Assembly: GCA_043744215.1 (NCBI GenBank)
Contig: JAYTVC010000014.1
Location: forward strand, 16,932-80,931
DNA: 64,000 nt
Origin: Pseudomonadota bacterium
GTDB lineage: Bacteria > Pseudomonadota > Gammaproteobacteria > Burkholderiales > JBEEJL01
Direction: 5' to 3'
Part shown: positions 41,805 through 51,911 of the stretch, piece by piece
Layout of the letters: the number at the start of each line of letters is the position of its first letter
How positions within the stretch are numbered: the first letter of the stretch is position 1
Made by a program: the position numbers and the translations under genes
The notes under the pieces: model-generated
What the model saw: the letters and a program-made list of their open reading frames with translations, nothing else
Database searches by the model: none
Told to the model about the DNA's origin: nothing

Positions 41805-42242
41805 TCACTTGCCACCAAATAACTGCCCCAGCATACCGAGTCCTTGCTGCAAACCTGCCGCATCGGGAACTTGTCCATTAGGTGTTACATGGTTCACCGC
41901 TTGCGGAAGAATCTGCGCGAGTTGCGCGGTGACAGCTTCCGTGCTCAAACCGAATTTTTGCGCGATGGCGGCGATCTGGTCGCTGCCAATAGCTGCGTGT
42001 ATCTGATCGCCGCTCACTTCCTGGTTCGGCCCCGTGCCCACCCACGATTGCACAGCGTCACCCAATCCGCCTTTGGTGAGTGTGCCGAGCAAACCTTGCA
42101 GGCCGCCCGATTGTGGGTTGGTCATCATGCCCATCACCAGATCGAGCATGGGGTTACCCGTGCCACCGGCAGCGCCTGTCTGGCCGCCACCGCCCATTGC
42201 TTTGCCAATTACCTGCCCTAACAAACCGTCGAGTAAACCCAT
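41805..42242 (-). CDS. yidB: YidB-family protein (DUF937)
   Basis: 145 aa, Gly-rich. GLGDAVQSWVGTGPNQEVSGDQI...AQKFGLS matches DUF937. Confidence 0.7.
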   Translation of the reverse strand: MGLLDGLLGQVIGKAMGGGGQTGAAGGTGNPMLDLVMGMMTNPQSGGLQGLLGTLTKGGLGDAVQSWVGTGPNQEVSGDQIHAAIGSDQIAAIAQKFGLSTEAVTAQLAQILPQAVNHVTPNGQVPDAAGLQQGLGMLGQLFGGK

Positions 42243-42286
42243 GTCGTTCTCCTTTTGAAATGTGCAACAAAAAAACCGTGATGCAA

Positions 42287-42691
42287 TTAATACGAAACTT
42301 TGCGTGGCAGCGTTTTCGCTTCGCCAACCCAGGCGCTTACTTTAGCAAGCGTGGGCACGACACGTACCAATTTCTTTTCGTCGTTGGCTTTTTGCATGGC
42401 AGGCTGGAGGTTTTCGGGCTTGCGGCCAGAAAGTTCAACCACCGTATCAACCCCTGCTGCTTCCAATAATTCGGCATACTGCCCAGCCACACCGTTGATG
42501 CGGAACAAGTCCGCATGATTGACCCATTTGAGTATGTGTTTGCCGCCGATGCCCGTTTTGCTTTCAAGCTCTTTGCGCCCTGCCGGAGTAGCGCCCATCA
42601 ACAATAATTTTTCCACCGTCTTGGCACCGGCCGCTTTCAATTTTTCTGCGTATGCTTCGCCTACTCCTTCAATATCCGCAATACTGGTCAT
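42287..42691 (-). CDS. DUF4332-domain protein
   Basis: ATG at 42691 is preceded by GAGGAGG (MTSIADIEGVGEAYAEKLKAAG...), with two helix-hairpin-helix-like repeats. The track ORF extends to 42817. Confidence 0.65.
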   Translation of the reverse strand: MTSIADIEGVGEAYAEKLKAAGAKTVEKLLLMGATPAGRKELESKTGIGGKHILKWVNHADLFRINGVAGQYAELLEAAGVDTVVELSGRKPENLQPAMQKANDEKKLVRVVPTLAKVSAWVGEAKTLPRKVSY

Positions 42692-42821
42692 GGAGAACCT
42701 CCTCAATTTTTTTGGCTTCAGATAATTTTGCTTTGCCGCAGCTATCCGGGCAAATGCAGAGGCTATTATTCTCCCGCAACGCAGGGAATTCAAGACGCGA
42801 AAAGCCTTATACGACAAAGAT

Positions 42822-43574
42822 TCACATTCCCGACTTCTCGATAAATTTCAAGCTCATGCTGCTAACAGTTTGTTTAATAAGCATCATCGCCTCGCCGACC
42901 TGGGCCGGATCGCCGCGCACCGATAATTCAATGATGCGGCCGCCGCCCGCTACAAACTGTGGCAGGCTCGACAGTTTGAGTTGGTGGTAGGTATTGACGA
43001 CTTGATTCATCAAATCGAGCAAATCGCTTTCGTTGCCGTTTTCGATAAGAATAATTTGTTCTGCGCGGGGCGCGGGATGAAAAAGATGTGCGTAGTGCGT
43101 ATCCAACACCCACTCCATCATCGGCCACGCCATCTCGGGAAAGCCGGGCAAAAAATAATGCGTACCCACACTGAAACCGGCGATGCGGTTAAACGGGTTG
43201 GGAATAATTTTTGCGCCGCGTGGAAACTCCGCCATCAATACGCGTTTGGGATAGGCATCATCGCCGAAGCGGGCAACGATTTCGGCGACCGCTTCCGGGT
43301 GACGCTCGATGGAAACGCCCAGCGCCGCTGCTGCACATTGCCTCGTGTAATCATCGGGCGTGGCACCAATGCCACCGAAAGAAAACACGATGTCGTTACC
43401 AGCGAACGTGCGCTTGAGCGTGGCGACAATGCGCTCGGGTTCGTCGCCAAGATACTCTGCCCAGGCCAGTTCAAGTCCACGCTGTTTCAGCGTGTCGATC
43501 ACTTTGGCCAAATGTTTGTCTTGCCGTTTACCGGATAAAATTTCATCGCCGATGATAATCGCGCCGAATGCCAT
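42822..43574 (-). CDS. CinA-N-terminal-like molybdopterin-binding (MoCF_BD) protein
   Basis: MAFGAIIIGDEILSGKRQDKHL...FSFGGIGATPDD. The internal ATG at 43574 is chosen; the track ORF reaches 43649. Confidence 0.7.
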   Translation of the reverse strand: MAFGAIIIGDEILSGKRQDKHLAKVIDTLKQRGLELAWAEYLGDEPERIVATLKRTFAGNDIVFSFGGIGATPDDYTRQCAAAALGVSIERHPEAVAEIVARFGDDAYPKRVLMAEFPRGAKIIPNPFNRIAGFSVGTHYFLPGFPEMAWPMMEWVLDTHYAHLFHPAPRAEQIILIENGNESDLLDLMNQVVNTYHQLKLSSLPQFVAGGGRIIELSVRGDPAQVGEAMMLIKQTVSSMSLKFIEKSGM

Positions 43575-43737
43575 AATATTTTTTGCGTTGATGAACCAGC
43601 TCGCAACATACTCCTTTCGTTGCGCCCGTGCCACTGCAACTGATGGCATTTTCGATTGTCTGGTAAACCATGACTTTAGCTTTTACAATGAACGGGCGCA
43701 AATCAAAACAAATTGAATTTCGTATGCTAGTATGCAA

Positions 43738-43765
43738 AAAATACTGAATATAATCAATATGTTAT
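43738..43765 (+). repeat. AT-rich IHF-core motif (copy h)
   Basis: AAAATACTGAATATAATCAATATGTTAT, 62 nt upstream of cydA. Confidence 0.7.
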
Positions 43766-43827
43766 ATTATCGCTTCAGTAGCCGGTTTTTGGCCAAACCC
43801 TCGTGCGCTTTTTATCAAGGAAACTGA

Positions 43828-45174
43828 ATGGATCCTCTCCTCCTAGCCCGCGTACAATTCGGCGCCAACATCACGTTTCATATTTTGTTTCCCACACTCA
43901 CCATTTCACTTGCCTGGATGTTGTTACTGTTTAAGCTGCAATACAATCGCAGCGGTCATGCGAAATGGATGGAAGCCTATGCGTTCTGGATAAAAATTTT
44001 TGCGCTGACATTTGCTTTGGGCGTGGTGAGCGGTATCACCATGAGTTTTCAATTCGGCACCAACTGGCCGGGCTTTATGCAAACCGTCGGCAACATCGCG
44101 GGGCCGCTGCTGGCTTATGAAGTGCTCACGGCGTTTTTTCTCGAAGCGACGTTTCTTGGCGTGATGCTGTTCGGCATGAAGCGCGTATCCAACCGCGTGC
44201 ACACGTTTGCGACCTTGATGGTCACAATCGGCACGTCGATGTCGGCCTTCTGGATTTTGGCGCTTAATTCGTGGATGCAAACGCCAGCGGGCTTTGAAAT
44301 GATCGACGGCAAAGCCCATGCCACCAGTTGGCTGGCAGTGATTTTTAATCCGTCGTTTCCTTATCGCCTCACGCATATGCTCACCGCTTGCGCGCTCTCG
44401 GGCGCGTTTCTGGTCGCGGGCGTGTCGGCCTATCGCTGGTTGCGCAATGACCGCGCGCCGAGCGTGATGGCCGCAATGAAAACGGCCGTGTATGTGGCGG
44501 CGCTGTTCATCCCGCTGCAAATTTTTCTCGGCGACCTGCACGGCCTCAATACGCTGAAACACCAGCCGGCGAAAATCGCCGCCATCGAAGCGATATGGGA
44601 AACGCAACGTGGCGCGCCGCTACAACTGTTCGCGTTGCCGAACGAGAAAACGCGCAGCAATGACTTTGCTATCGAAGTGCCTAAACTCGCCAGCCTGATT
44701 CTCACCCACGAAGTTGATGGCGAAATCAAAGGACTGAACGACTTCGGCGACAAGCGCCCAAGCGTCGCGCCGCTGTTCTGGGGTTTTCGCATCATGGTCG
44801 GCGTCGGCATGTTGATGTTGGCCGTATCGTGGCTGTGCGCCTGGCAATTACGCAAAAAAAATGATCTGCCGCAACTATTTTTGCGCGCGCTGATCGCGAT
44901 GACTTTTTCCGGCTGGGTAGCGACCATCGCCGGCTGGTATGTGACGGAAATGGGGCGCCAGCCCTATCTGGTTTACGGCGTGCTTACCACCGCGCAGGCC
45001 GCCTCGAATGTGTCCGCCGGCATGATCGCGGCTACGTTGGCGATGTATTTGGTCATGTACATCGTGCTGACGCTGGCCTATGTGTCGGTGATTTTTTATC
45101 TCGCGCGCAAGGCGGGTTATGCAACGCCGGATGTAGAAACAAAAACCAAAGCGGTGTTATCCACTGCAAGCTAA
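43828..45174 (+). CDS. cydA: Cytochrome bd-type quinol oxidase subunit I (short Q-loop)
   Basis: 448 aa. N-terminus MDPLLLARVQFGANITFHILFPTLTISL is typical of CydA/CioA. Confidence 0.9.
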   Translation: MDPLLLARVQFGANITFHILFPTLTISLAWMLLLFKLQYNRSGHAKWMEAYAFWIKIFALTFALGVVSGITMSFQFGTNWPGFMQTVGNIAGPLLAYEVLTAFFLEATFLGVMLFGMKRVSNRVHTFATLMVTIGTSMSAFWILALNSWMQTPAGFEMIDGKAHATSWLAVIFNPSFPYRLTHMLTACALSGAFLVAGVSAYRWLRNDRAPSVMAAMKTAVYVAALFIPLQIFLGDLHGLNTLKHQPAKIAAIEAIWETQRGAPLQLFALPNEKTRSNDFAIEVPKLASLILTHEVDGEIKGLNDFGDKRPSVAPLFWGFRIMVGVGMLMLAVSWLCAWQLRKKNDLPQLFLRALIAMTFSGWVATIAGWYVTEMGRQPYLVYGVLTTAQAASNVSAGMIAATLAMYLVMYIVLTLAYVSVIFYLARKAGYATPDVETKTKAVLSTAS

Positions 45175-45186
45175 GGAGCAGGAAAA

Positions 45187-46209
45187 ATGGCTGAACTCTT
45201 CCAACCCGGCGGCTTGTTGCCCTTCATCTTTTTGTTGCTTATGGGCATCGCCATGCTGGCCTACGTGTTGCTCGATGGCTACGACCTCGGCGTCGGCATC
45301 CTGTTGCGCCGCGCGACGGAAGAACAAAAAGATGTCATGATTTCTTCCATCGGTCCGTTCTGGGACGCCAACGAAACCTGGCTGGTGCTGGGCGTAGGCA
45401 TTCTGCTGGTCGCATTCCCCATGGCGCACGGTGCGATTCTCACCTCGCTCTATTTGCCCGTTGCCTTTATGTTGATTGGCTTGACCTTGCGCGGCGTCGC
45501 ATTCGATTTTCGCGTCAAGGCGCGCGCGCACCACAAGCCGCGGTGGAATACGGCATTTTTTGGCGGTTCGTTGCTTGCCACCATTTCACAAGGCATCATG
45601 CTCGGCCTGTTCATCGTCGGCTTCAAACACGAGTGGCCGCACATGCTATTTGCGCTCTTCACCGGTGCGTGTCTCATTGCGGGTTATTCGTTGCTCGGCG
45701 CAGGCTGGCTGATTATGAAAACCGAAGGGGCGTTGCAACAGCGTGCTGTCTATTGGGCGCACCGAAGTTTATGGTTAACCGGCCTCGGTGTCGCGGCGAT
45801 TTCCATTGCGACGCCGCTGGTGAGCGCGCGCATATACGACAAATGGTTTTCCATGCCGAATATTTTGTGGCTGGCGCCGATTCCTGTCATCACTTTCGTG
45901 TTATTCATCGCCATCGACCGCGCACTTCGCCGTTTACCGCAACAACAGGCGAGCGGCAACGACCGCTGGTGCTGGCTGCCCTTTGCCGGCACCGTTGGCA
46001 TTTTTGTGTTGGCGTTTTTGGGGCTCGCTTACAGTGTGTTTCCATATCTGGTCGTCGATCGCATCACCATCTGGCAAGCGGCCAGCGCGCCTGAATCGCT
46101 GATGATTATTTTGATCGGTGCGCTCGTCGTGTTGCCGGCAATTTTTGCGTACACAATTTTTGCATACCGGGTTTTCTGGGGCAAGGCGCGCGAATTGACC
46201 TATGATTGA
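45187..46209 (+). CDS. cydB: Cytochrome bd-type quinol oxidase subunit II
   Basis: 340 aa. LLDGYDLGVGIL...WDANETWLVL motifs. Confidence 0.9.
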   Translation: MAELFQPGGLLPFIFLLLMGIAMLAYVLLDGYDLGVGILLRRATEEQKDVMISSIGPFWDANETWLVLGVGILLVAFPMAHGAILTSLYLPVAFMLIGLTLRGVAFDFRVKARAHHKPRWNTAFFGGSLLATISQGIMLGLFIVGFKHEWPHMLFALFTGACLIAGYSLLGAGWLIMKTEGALQQRAVYWAHRSLWLTGLGVAAISIATPLVSARIYDKWFSMPNILWLAPIPVITFVLFIAIDRALRRLPQQQASGNDRWCWLPFAGTVGIFVLAFLGLAYSVFPYLVVDRITIWQAASAPESLMIILIGALVVLPAIFAYTIFAYRVFWGKARELTYD

Positions 46210-46217
46210 CTGTTTTT

Positions 46218-46244
46218 ATAACTATTTGATTATTATCAGCTTTT
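46218..46244 (-). repeat. AT-rich IHF-core motif (copy i)
   Basis: Reverse complement is AAAAGCTGATAATAATCAAATAGTTAT, 8 nt after the cydB stop. It is inverted relative to copy h. Confidence 0.7.
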
Positions 46245-46311
46245 ATACATCAAAGACAAAAATTTTATGCGTGTGAAGTGACTGTAAAATAATTTCAAAT
46301 ACATCCGACAT

Positions 46312-46342
46312 AAAAAAAGCCGACGCGTAGTCGGCTTTTTTA
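46312..46342. terminator. Bidirectional intrinsic terminator
   Basis: A7-GCCGAC-gcgta-GTCGGC-T6. Confidence 0.8.
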
Positions 46343-46359
46343 TTTGCAAAAAGAAACGA

Positions 46360-46668
46360 TTATTTCTTTTGCGCCAAAACCCATTTCACCAGGGTTTTGA
46401 TGTCGTCGTCTTTAACGGCGGCATTGGGCGGCATGGGCACTTGGCCCCACGCGCCAGAACCGCCTTCTTTGACTTTCTTGATCAGCCTGGCTTCGGCTTC
46501 TTTGTCGCCAGCGTATTTGGTGGCAATTTCCTGGAATGCAGGACCGACCACTTTTTTATCGACGCCGTGGCAAGCCAGGCAGGCGCTTTTTTGCGCGAGT
46601 TCTTGCGAGGCGCTGGCAACACCGGAGGCCAACAGGGCTGCGGCGATAAGGGCGAGTTTCAATTTCAT
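46360..46668 (-). CDS. Class I c-type cytochrome (c551/c552-like)
   Basis: Signal peptide, CLACH heme site, and a distal PMPPN Met ligand region. ATG at 46668 follows GGAG; the track ORF reaches 46692. Confidence 0.85.
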   Translation of the reverse strand: MKLKLALIAAALLASGVASASQELAQKSACLACHGVDKKVVGPAFQEIATKYAGDKEAEARLIKKVKEGGSGAWGQVPMPPNAAVKDDDIKTLVKWVLAQKK

Positions 46669-46702
46669 GGTTAATTTCTCCGAGCGGTTCAAAATGAATT
46701 GG

Positions 46703-48754
46703 TTAACGCGGCGCTATTTTGCCAGCTTCCAAGGTTTGCAACAAATGATTTATGTCACTCATGGGCGGCAAGCAGCTAACGCCTTGGCATACCCAGGCGT
46801 TGACCGTTTCGCCTCGCGGCTTGTCGAGCACGCCGGGCAGACCTGATTGATTTTCCGGCAGGGTAATGGTCATGGAATGGGGCAAATAGTGCGCAGCCAG
46901 TTCGCGCTTCCACGTGGTTGCTTTGTTATTTTTATTAATTAAAACAATTAGTTGCGTAGGTTCCAGCGCTTCATCTATAGCAAACGATAAACTCGCAAAA
47001 CCCGATGGACTGTGCGCCATTTCTGGGTAAAAAAGTTTGATCGCCCGCTCGGCCGATTGACAATATTTTTGTTCGCCGACCAGATGCCCGAGCCGTTGCA
47101 GCGCAAACGCGGCCACATGATTGCCCGCGGGCGTCGCGTTGTCGTGGCCGATTTTGGGGCGGTGAATCAATTTTTCGTGATCATGGCTGGTGAGAAAAAA
47201 TCCGCCTTTGTCCGCATCTTCAAATTGCGCGAGCAACACATCGGCCAATTGTTGTGCGAATTGCAAATCGGGTAAACGAAATTCCGCTTGCATCAATTCC
47301 AATAGCGCATCGAGCAAAAACGCATAGTCGTCGAGATAAGCGTTGAGATGCGACTTGCCGCTTTTGTAGGTGGCGAGCAAACGCCCATTCTTGAACATTT
47401 TGCTTTGGATAAAATCGACGGCCTTTTGCGCAGCGATGATCCAGTCGCGCCGATCAAACACCACGCCCGCGCGCGCGAGGCCTTTGATCATCAGCCCGTT
47501 CCAACTCACCAGCACTTTACGATCGCGGTGCGGGTGAATGCGTTTCGCGCGCGTCGCGTAAAGTTTCATCCGCGCCGTGCCAATCAGTTGCGCGCAATCG
47601 TCTTCGCCCATACCGATATTTTTAGCTACGTCGCCCAACGATTCAACAATGCGCAAATGCCAATGTTTGCCCTCGAAATTCGGCGTGCTGTCGATGCCGT
47701 AATGCGGCGCGAACACGGCGTATTCTTCGGCAGTGAGCAGCGCTCTGATTTCATCGCGCTCCCACACATAAAATTTGCCTTCTTCGCCTTCGGAGTCGGC
47801 GTCGAGCGACGAATAAAATCCGCCCTCGGGTGATTGCATATCGCGTATCGCCCACGTCGCCGTTTCTTCAGCGATTTGTTTGAACTGCGGGTCGAGCGTG
47901 AGCAACCACGCATCGGCATACAGGCGCAACAACGGCCCGTTGTCGTACAACATTTTTTCGAAGTGGGGAATCATCCACTGGCCATCGACGCTATAGCGCG
48001 CGAAGCCGCCGCCGAGATGATCGTAAATGCCGCCGTTAGCCATTTTTTTCAGCGTGAACGCCGCCATGTTCAACGCTTCAACGTCGCCCGTCGCGCCATG
48101 ACGACGCAACAAAAATTCGATCTCGGCGGGATGAGGAAACTTCGGCGAAGAACCAAAACCGCCATCGACCGCATCGAACGTATGGCGCAACACCGTGTAA
48201 GTGTTTTCGATGGGCGCATCGGTGAGCGTCACATTCTCCTGGGCATCGGGCAACATGCGTTCGAAGGCCGAGAGCAATTGCATATTCTGCTTCACGATTT
48301 CTTCACCGTTGCTCACACGGAATTCCGCCACCCGCTGCATGAGCCCGACAAAGCCCGGCAAGTTGTAGCGCGGCTCCTTGGGGAAATAGGTGCCGCCAAA
48401 AAACGGCGTGCCGTCCGGTTGCAAAAACATCGTCAGCGGCCAACCGCCGCCGCGTTGCGTCAGCATGTAATGCGCGTTCTGATAAATCGAATCCAGGTCC
48501 GGCCGCTCTTCGCGATCGACTTTGATGTTGATGAACAATTCATTCATCACCCGCGCCGTTTCCTCATCCTCAAAACTCTCGTGCGCCATCACATGGCACC
48601 AGTGGCAGGCCGAGTATCCAATCGACAACAAAATCGGTTTGTTCTCCTCACGCGCGCGCTTCAACGACTCGTCGTTCCACGCATACCAATCGACCGGATT
48701 GTCGGCGTGTTGTTGCAGGTAGGGGCTGGTTTCGTGTTGCAGGCGGTTGGGCAT
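46703..48754 (-). CDS. Thioredoxin-domain protein of the DUF255/YyaL family
   Basis: 683 aa. [19 protein letters not shown]...[15 protein letters not shown] plus a C-terminal (alpha/alpha)6-like region. Confidence 0.85.
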   Translation of the reverse strand: MPNRLQHETSPYLQQHADNPVDWYAWNDESLKRAREENKPILLSIGYSACHWCHVMAHESFEDEETARVMNELFINIKVDREERPDLDSIYQNAHYMLTQRGGGWPLTMFLQPDGTPFFGGTYFPKEPRYNLPGFVGLMQRVAEFRVSNGEEIVKQNMQLLSAFERMLPDAQENVTLTDAPIENTYTVLRHTFDAVDGGFGSSPKFPHPAEIEFLLRRHGATGDVEALNMAAFTLKKMANGGIYDHLGGGFARYSVDGQWMIPHFEKMLYDNGPLLRLYADAWLLTLDPQFKQIAEETATWAIRDMQSPEGGFYSSLDADSEGEEGKFYVWERDEIRALLTAEEYAVFAPHYGIDSTPNFEGKHWHLRIVESLGDVAKNIGMGEDDCAQLIGTARMKLYATRAKRIHPHRDRKVLVSWNGLMIKGLARAGVVFDRRDWIIAAQKAVDFIQSKMFKNGRLLATYKSGKSHLNAYLDDYAFLLDALLELMQAEFRLPDLQFAQQLADVLLAQFEDADKGGFFLTSHDHEKLIHRPKIGHDNATPAGNHVAAFALQRLGHLVGEQKYCQSAERAIKLFYPEMAHSPSGFASLSFAIDEALEPTQLIVLINKNNKATTWKRELAAHYLPHSMTITLPENQSGLPGVLDKPRGETVNAWVCQGVSCLPPMSDINHLLQTLEAGKIAPR

Positions 48755-48840
48755 GGTGTAGGTTCGTGATTTTCGCAGTGCTGATTATAAACTGAATAAA
48801 AATTTGGTCGCTTGGTACGAGCAGCGATAGCTACGTTTTG

Positions 48841-49113
48841 GTAGGGTGGGCATTGCCCACCGCAAGGCCGGTAAACACGCCTGTAGAATTAATTGTCATA
48901 CAGCGGACGTTTCAGAAGACTTGTTGGGGTTTGTGCCTCACCCCAACCAACGCAAGTTTTGGTTGAAAATACATGGCCGGGGGAGCCCGGTAAGGTTTAC
49001 GACATCATCCAAACTTAAACCCATCCCCACCCTGGCCCTCCCCTTGAAAGGGAGGGACTTTCTTTCTTCGCTAATACCTATCGTAGGATGGGCAAAGCGA
49101 CAGCGTGCCCATC
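48841..49113. repeat. Cluster of REP-like repeats (families B, D, E, C)
   Basis: Family B GTAGGGTGGGCATTGCCCACC (48841-48861); family D GTTGGGGTTTGTGCCTCACCCCAAC (48923-48947, inverse copy at 61600-61624); family E (49020-49056); family C GTAGGATGGGCAAAGCGACAGCGTGCCCATC (49083-49113). Confidence 0.7.
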
Positions 49114-49165
49114 ACCAAAACAAAAATGCTTTTCAACAAAATATTTTTTGACGTGTTGTTGACTG

Positions 49166-49210
49166 GCTTTTGATGTTGCTTTTGATGTTGCTTTTGATTT
49201 GCTTTTGACC
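49166..49210 (+). repeat. Tandem ~12-bp repeats (GCTTTTGATGTT x2 plus 2 degenerate units)
   Basis: Four head-to-tail units directly 5' of structured element copy 2. They are roughly the inverse complement of the CATCAAAAACCAAAATCAAAAAAGC tract at 49358-49382. Confidence 0.7.
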
Positions 49211-49216
49211 TGGCAT

Positions 49217-49542
49217 CCCCATCTGCGCCGCCGAAATTGCGCTGGGCATGCGGGAGCCGTCGGCGAGCAATGTTTGAGCCACGCGCAGATTCAGTTCTGA
49301 GATGAAGGCGAAGGCGAGTTTTGCTCGACCGCCCGCTTGCCCAGCGCCATTTCGGCGACATCAAAAACCAAAATCAAAAAAGCAGCGCAGCGGGCGTCGC
49401 CTTTTTTGGTTACTTTTTTGGCGAAGCAAAAAAGTGACTTGCCGCCGGGCAACCCCCGGCAATGTATCAAAGACCGCTGATGATCCAGGCTCCGCGTCAG
49501 GTAACGGCGCGAAAAGCCTCGCCGCAACCTGACCTACTAGGC
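49217..49542. repeat. Unclassified structured repeat element, copy 2
   Basis: Aligns with 9245-9569. Central hairpin arms at 49227-49254 and 49332-49359. It ends 15 nt from the stop of the HExxH ORF. Confidence 0.7.
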
Positions 49543-49557
49543 CGACCTTATGTTTGC

Positions 49558-50109
49558 TTACCTGGGCACGCATTGTTCAGAAAGTTTACGCAGGTCAGCC
49601 TGTCCACAAGCTGGAAACAAAACAAATAATTGCTCAAACGTAACAGCACTCAAACTACCAAACCTGCCACGAATAAGCTTTGCAGAAGAAAAGGTTCCTC
49701 CTGGAAGTGAACGAACCATATTGAGAGCTTCGAAATATGGGCCAGAAGTTGGGCTTTGAATGGGAATGTCAAAAAGCGTTTGTGCATGAATAGAAAATTC
49801 GACCGCTACACCTTCTTCAAGCCAATTCGCGTAGCCCACTATCGGATTTAATAGGTGAATAATCTCGTGTGCCATTTCATAAACCACTGTTGGCCAAAAT
49901 ACTTTGCTGTTGGGCCCGAGCTCAATAAAAGCGCCATCTAGCTCAGGCGTGTTGCGGATATGCGGTCCGTTCTCATGAAAGGCTGGCGGATAAATTTTTT
50001 TTGATAAGTCACGTTGACCAACAAGTCGCTGAGCCTCATCAAGCAATTGATTTTGTAGCTGCCAAAGGCCTTTTTGATCATGTTCTGGGATGGAGGTCGG
50101 TAAGTTCAA
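49558..50109 (-). CDS. Hypothetical HExxH zinc-metallopeptidase-like protein (peptidase MA-like motif)
   Basis: 183 aa. YEMAHEIIHLLNPIVGYANWLEEGVAVEF fits HExxH...W.EG of MA-clan-like domains. TTG start. It looks more AT-rich than its neighbours. Confidence 0.5.
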   Translation of the reverse strand: MNLPTSIPEHDQKGLWQLQNQLLDEAQRLVGQRDLSKKIYPPAFHENGPHIRNTPELDGAFIELGPNSKVFWPTVVYEMAHEIIHLLNPIVGYANWLEEGVAVEFSIHAQTLFDIPIQSPTSGPYFEALNMVRSLPGGTFSSAKLIRGRFGSLSAVTFEQLFVLFPACGQADLRKLSEQCVPR

Positions 50110-50145
50110 TCTAAAAATCCTGATGTAATATAGTGTCTAGTTTAA

Positions 50146-50176
50146 AAATAATAATTCAATATAATCAATCAGTTAC
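50146..50176 (+). repeat. AT-rich IHF-core motif (copy j)
   Basis: AATAATAATTCAATATAATCAATCAGTTAC. The ilvD stop codon (50165-50167) and last codons lie inside it. Confidence 0.7.
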
Positions 50177-51838
50177 AGCACCTTTACTCGCCGTCGAAAC
50201 CAACTTGGCAAACTTCGCCAACACGCCTCTTGTGTAACGCGGCGCGGGTTGTTTCCAGTTTGCGCGGCGCTTTGCAAGCTCATCATCGCTGACGTTTACT
50301 TGTATTAATAATTTGTGCGCGTCGATGGTGATGGAATCGCCTTCATGCACCAGCGCTATGTTGCCGCCGACGAATGCTTCGGGCGCGACGTGGCCGACTA
50401 CCATGCCCCAGGTGCCGCCGGAGAAACGTCCGTCGGTGATGAGGCCGACTGCGTCACCCAAACCTTTGCCGATGATCGCCGACGTCGGCGCGAGCATTTC
50501 GCGCATGCCGGGGCCGCCTTGCGGGCCTTCGTAGCGGATGACCAGCACATCGCCCTCTTTAATCTTGTCCGCCATGATCGCGTCCATCGCATCCGGCTCG
50601 GAATCGAATACACGCGCCGGGCCGGTGATGACAGGATTTTTCAGGCCGGTGATCTTCGCTACGCAGCCTTCGGGCGACAAATTACCTTTCAGAATCGCCA
50701 AGTGGCCTTGCTTATATAACGCGTCTTCCCAATCGTGAATCACGTCTTGATCCTTGCGCGGTGTGTCGGGTACGTCTTTCAATACTTCAGCAATCGTTTG
50801 TCCGGTGATAGTCATGCAATCGCCATGCAACACGCCGTGGTTTAATAAAATTTTCATCACTTGCGGAATGCCGCCGGCCTTGTGCAAATCAGTCGCGACA
50901 TATTTGCCCGACGGTTTTAAATCGCACAGCACCGGCACTTTTTTGCGCATACGCTCGAAGTCGTCGATGCGCCATTCAATATCACCCGCGTGCGCGATGG
51001 CGAGGAAATGCAGCACGGCGTTGGTCGAACCGCCGACCGCCATGATGACCGCGACGGCATTTTCAATCGCTTTGCGCGTAACAATCGTGCGAGGCAGGAT
51101 TTGATTGTGAATCGCCTTCACCAACACTTCGCCCGACTTCGCCGCGCTGTCGGCTTTTTCCTTGTCCGGCGCGGCCATAGTGGAGGAATACATCAGGCTC
51201 ATGCCCATCGCTTCGAACGCGCTCGACATGGTGTTGGCGGTGTACATGCCGCCGCACGCGCCGACACTGGGGCAGGCGTTTTTTTCGATGCCGATAAAAT
51301 CTTCTTCGCTCATTTTGCCCGCGTTGAATGCGCCGACCGCCTCGAACGGACTGACGATGGTAAGCGCCTGGCCTTTCCAGTTGCCCGGCTTGATCGTGCC
51401 GCCATAGACAAATATCGACGGGATGTTCATGCGCAAAATCGCGATCATCGCGCCAGGCATGTTTTTATCGCAACCGCCGACCACCAGCACGCCGTCCATC
51501 ATCTGGCTTTGCGTCGCGGTCTCGATGGAATCGGCGATCACTTCGCGCGACACCAGCGAATATTTCATGCCCTCGGTGCCCATGCTGATTCCGTCCGTCA
51601 CCGTTATCGTACCGAACATTTGCGGCATGCCGCCCGCGGATTTGATCGCGGCGTCCGCGCGATCGACCAGTGGCTGAATGCCTGCGTTGCACGGGTTCAT
51701 CGTGCTATGTCCGTTGGCGATGCCGACGATGGGCTTATCGAAATCCTTATCGCCAAAACCTACTGCGCGCAGCATGGCGCGGTTGGGCGAACGTAAATTT
51801 CCTGCGGTAATGAGTTTGCTGCGGCGATTGTCAGACAT
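50165..51838 (-). CDS. ilvD: Dihydroxy-acid dehydratase
   Basis: [13 protein letters not shown]..., with CDKNMPG and the Fe-S ligand region. The track ORF starts further upstream at 51880. Confidence 0.95.
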   Translation of the reverse strand: MSDNRRSKLITAGNLRSPNRAMLRAVGFGDKDFDKPIVGIANGHSTMNPCNAGIQPLVDRADAAIKSAGGMPQMFGTITVTDGISMGTEGMKYSLVSREVIADSIETATQSQMMDGVLVVGGCDKNMPGAMIAILRMNIPSIFVYGGTIKPGNWKGQALTIVSPFEAVGAFNAGKMSEEDFIGIEKNACPSVGACGGMYTANTMSSAFEAMGMSLMYSSTMAAPDKEKADSAAKSGEVLVKAIHNQILPRTIVTRKAIENAVAVIMAVGGSTNAVLHFLAIAHAGDIEWRIDDFERMRKKVPVLCDLKPSGKYVATDLHKAGGIPQVMKILLNHGVLHGDCMTITGQTIAEVLKDVPDTPRKDQDVIHDWEDALYKQGHLAILKGNLSPEGCVAKITGLKNPVITGPARVFDSEPDAMDAIMADKIKEGDVLVIRYEGPQGGPGMREMLAPTSAIIGKGLGDAVGLITDGRFSGGTWGMVVGHVAPEAFVGGNIALVHEGDSITIDAHKLLIQVNVSDDELAKRRANWKQPAPRYTRGVLAKFAKLVSTASKGAVTD

Positions 51839-51911
51839 GAAGGCTCCGGAATTTGCTGAGGATTGTTTAGGTATAATCATGTAATTCTATCCGAATATAA
51901 GCACACATTAC

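Noticed and set aside
49148-49176. TTGACG-N17-TGATGT considered as a sigma70 promoter driving element copy 2.
   Set aside because: The -10 hexamer matches TATAAT at only 2 of 6 positions, and copy 1 has no equivalent. So the transcription direction of the element remains open.
49475-49490. CUGAUGA (hammerhead core-like) in element copy 2, and GAGCCGT (group II domain V-like) at the hairpin shoulder.
   Set aside because: CTGATGA is not conserved in copy 1 (CTGAAGC). No complementary ACGGYTC partner or GAAA context exists for a domain V fold.
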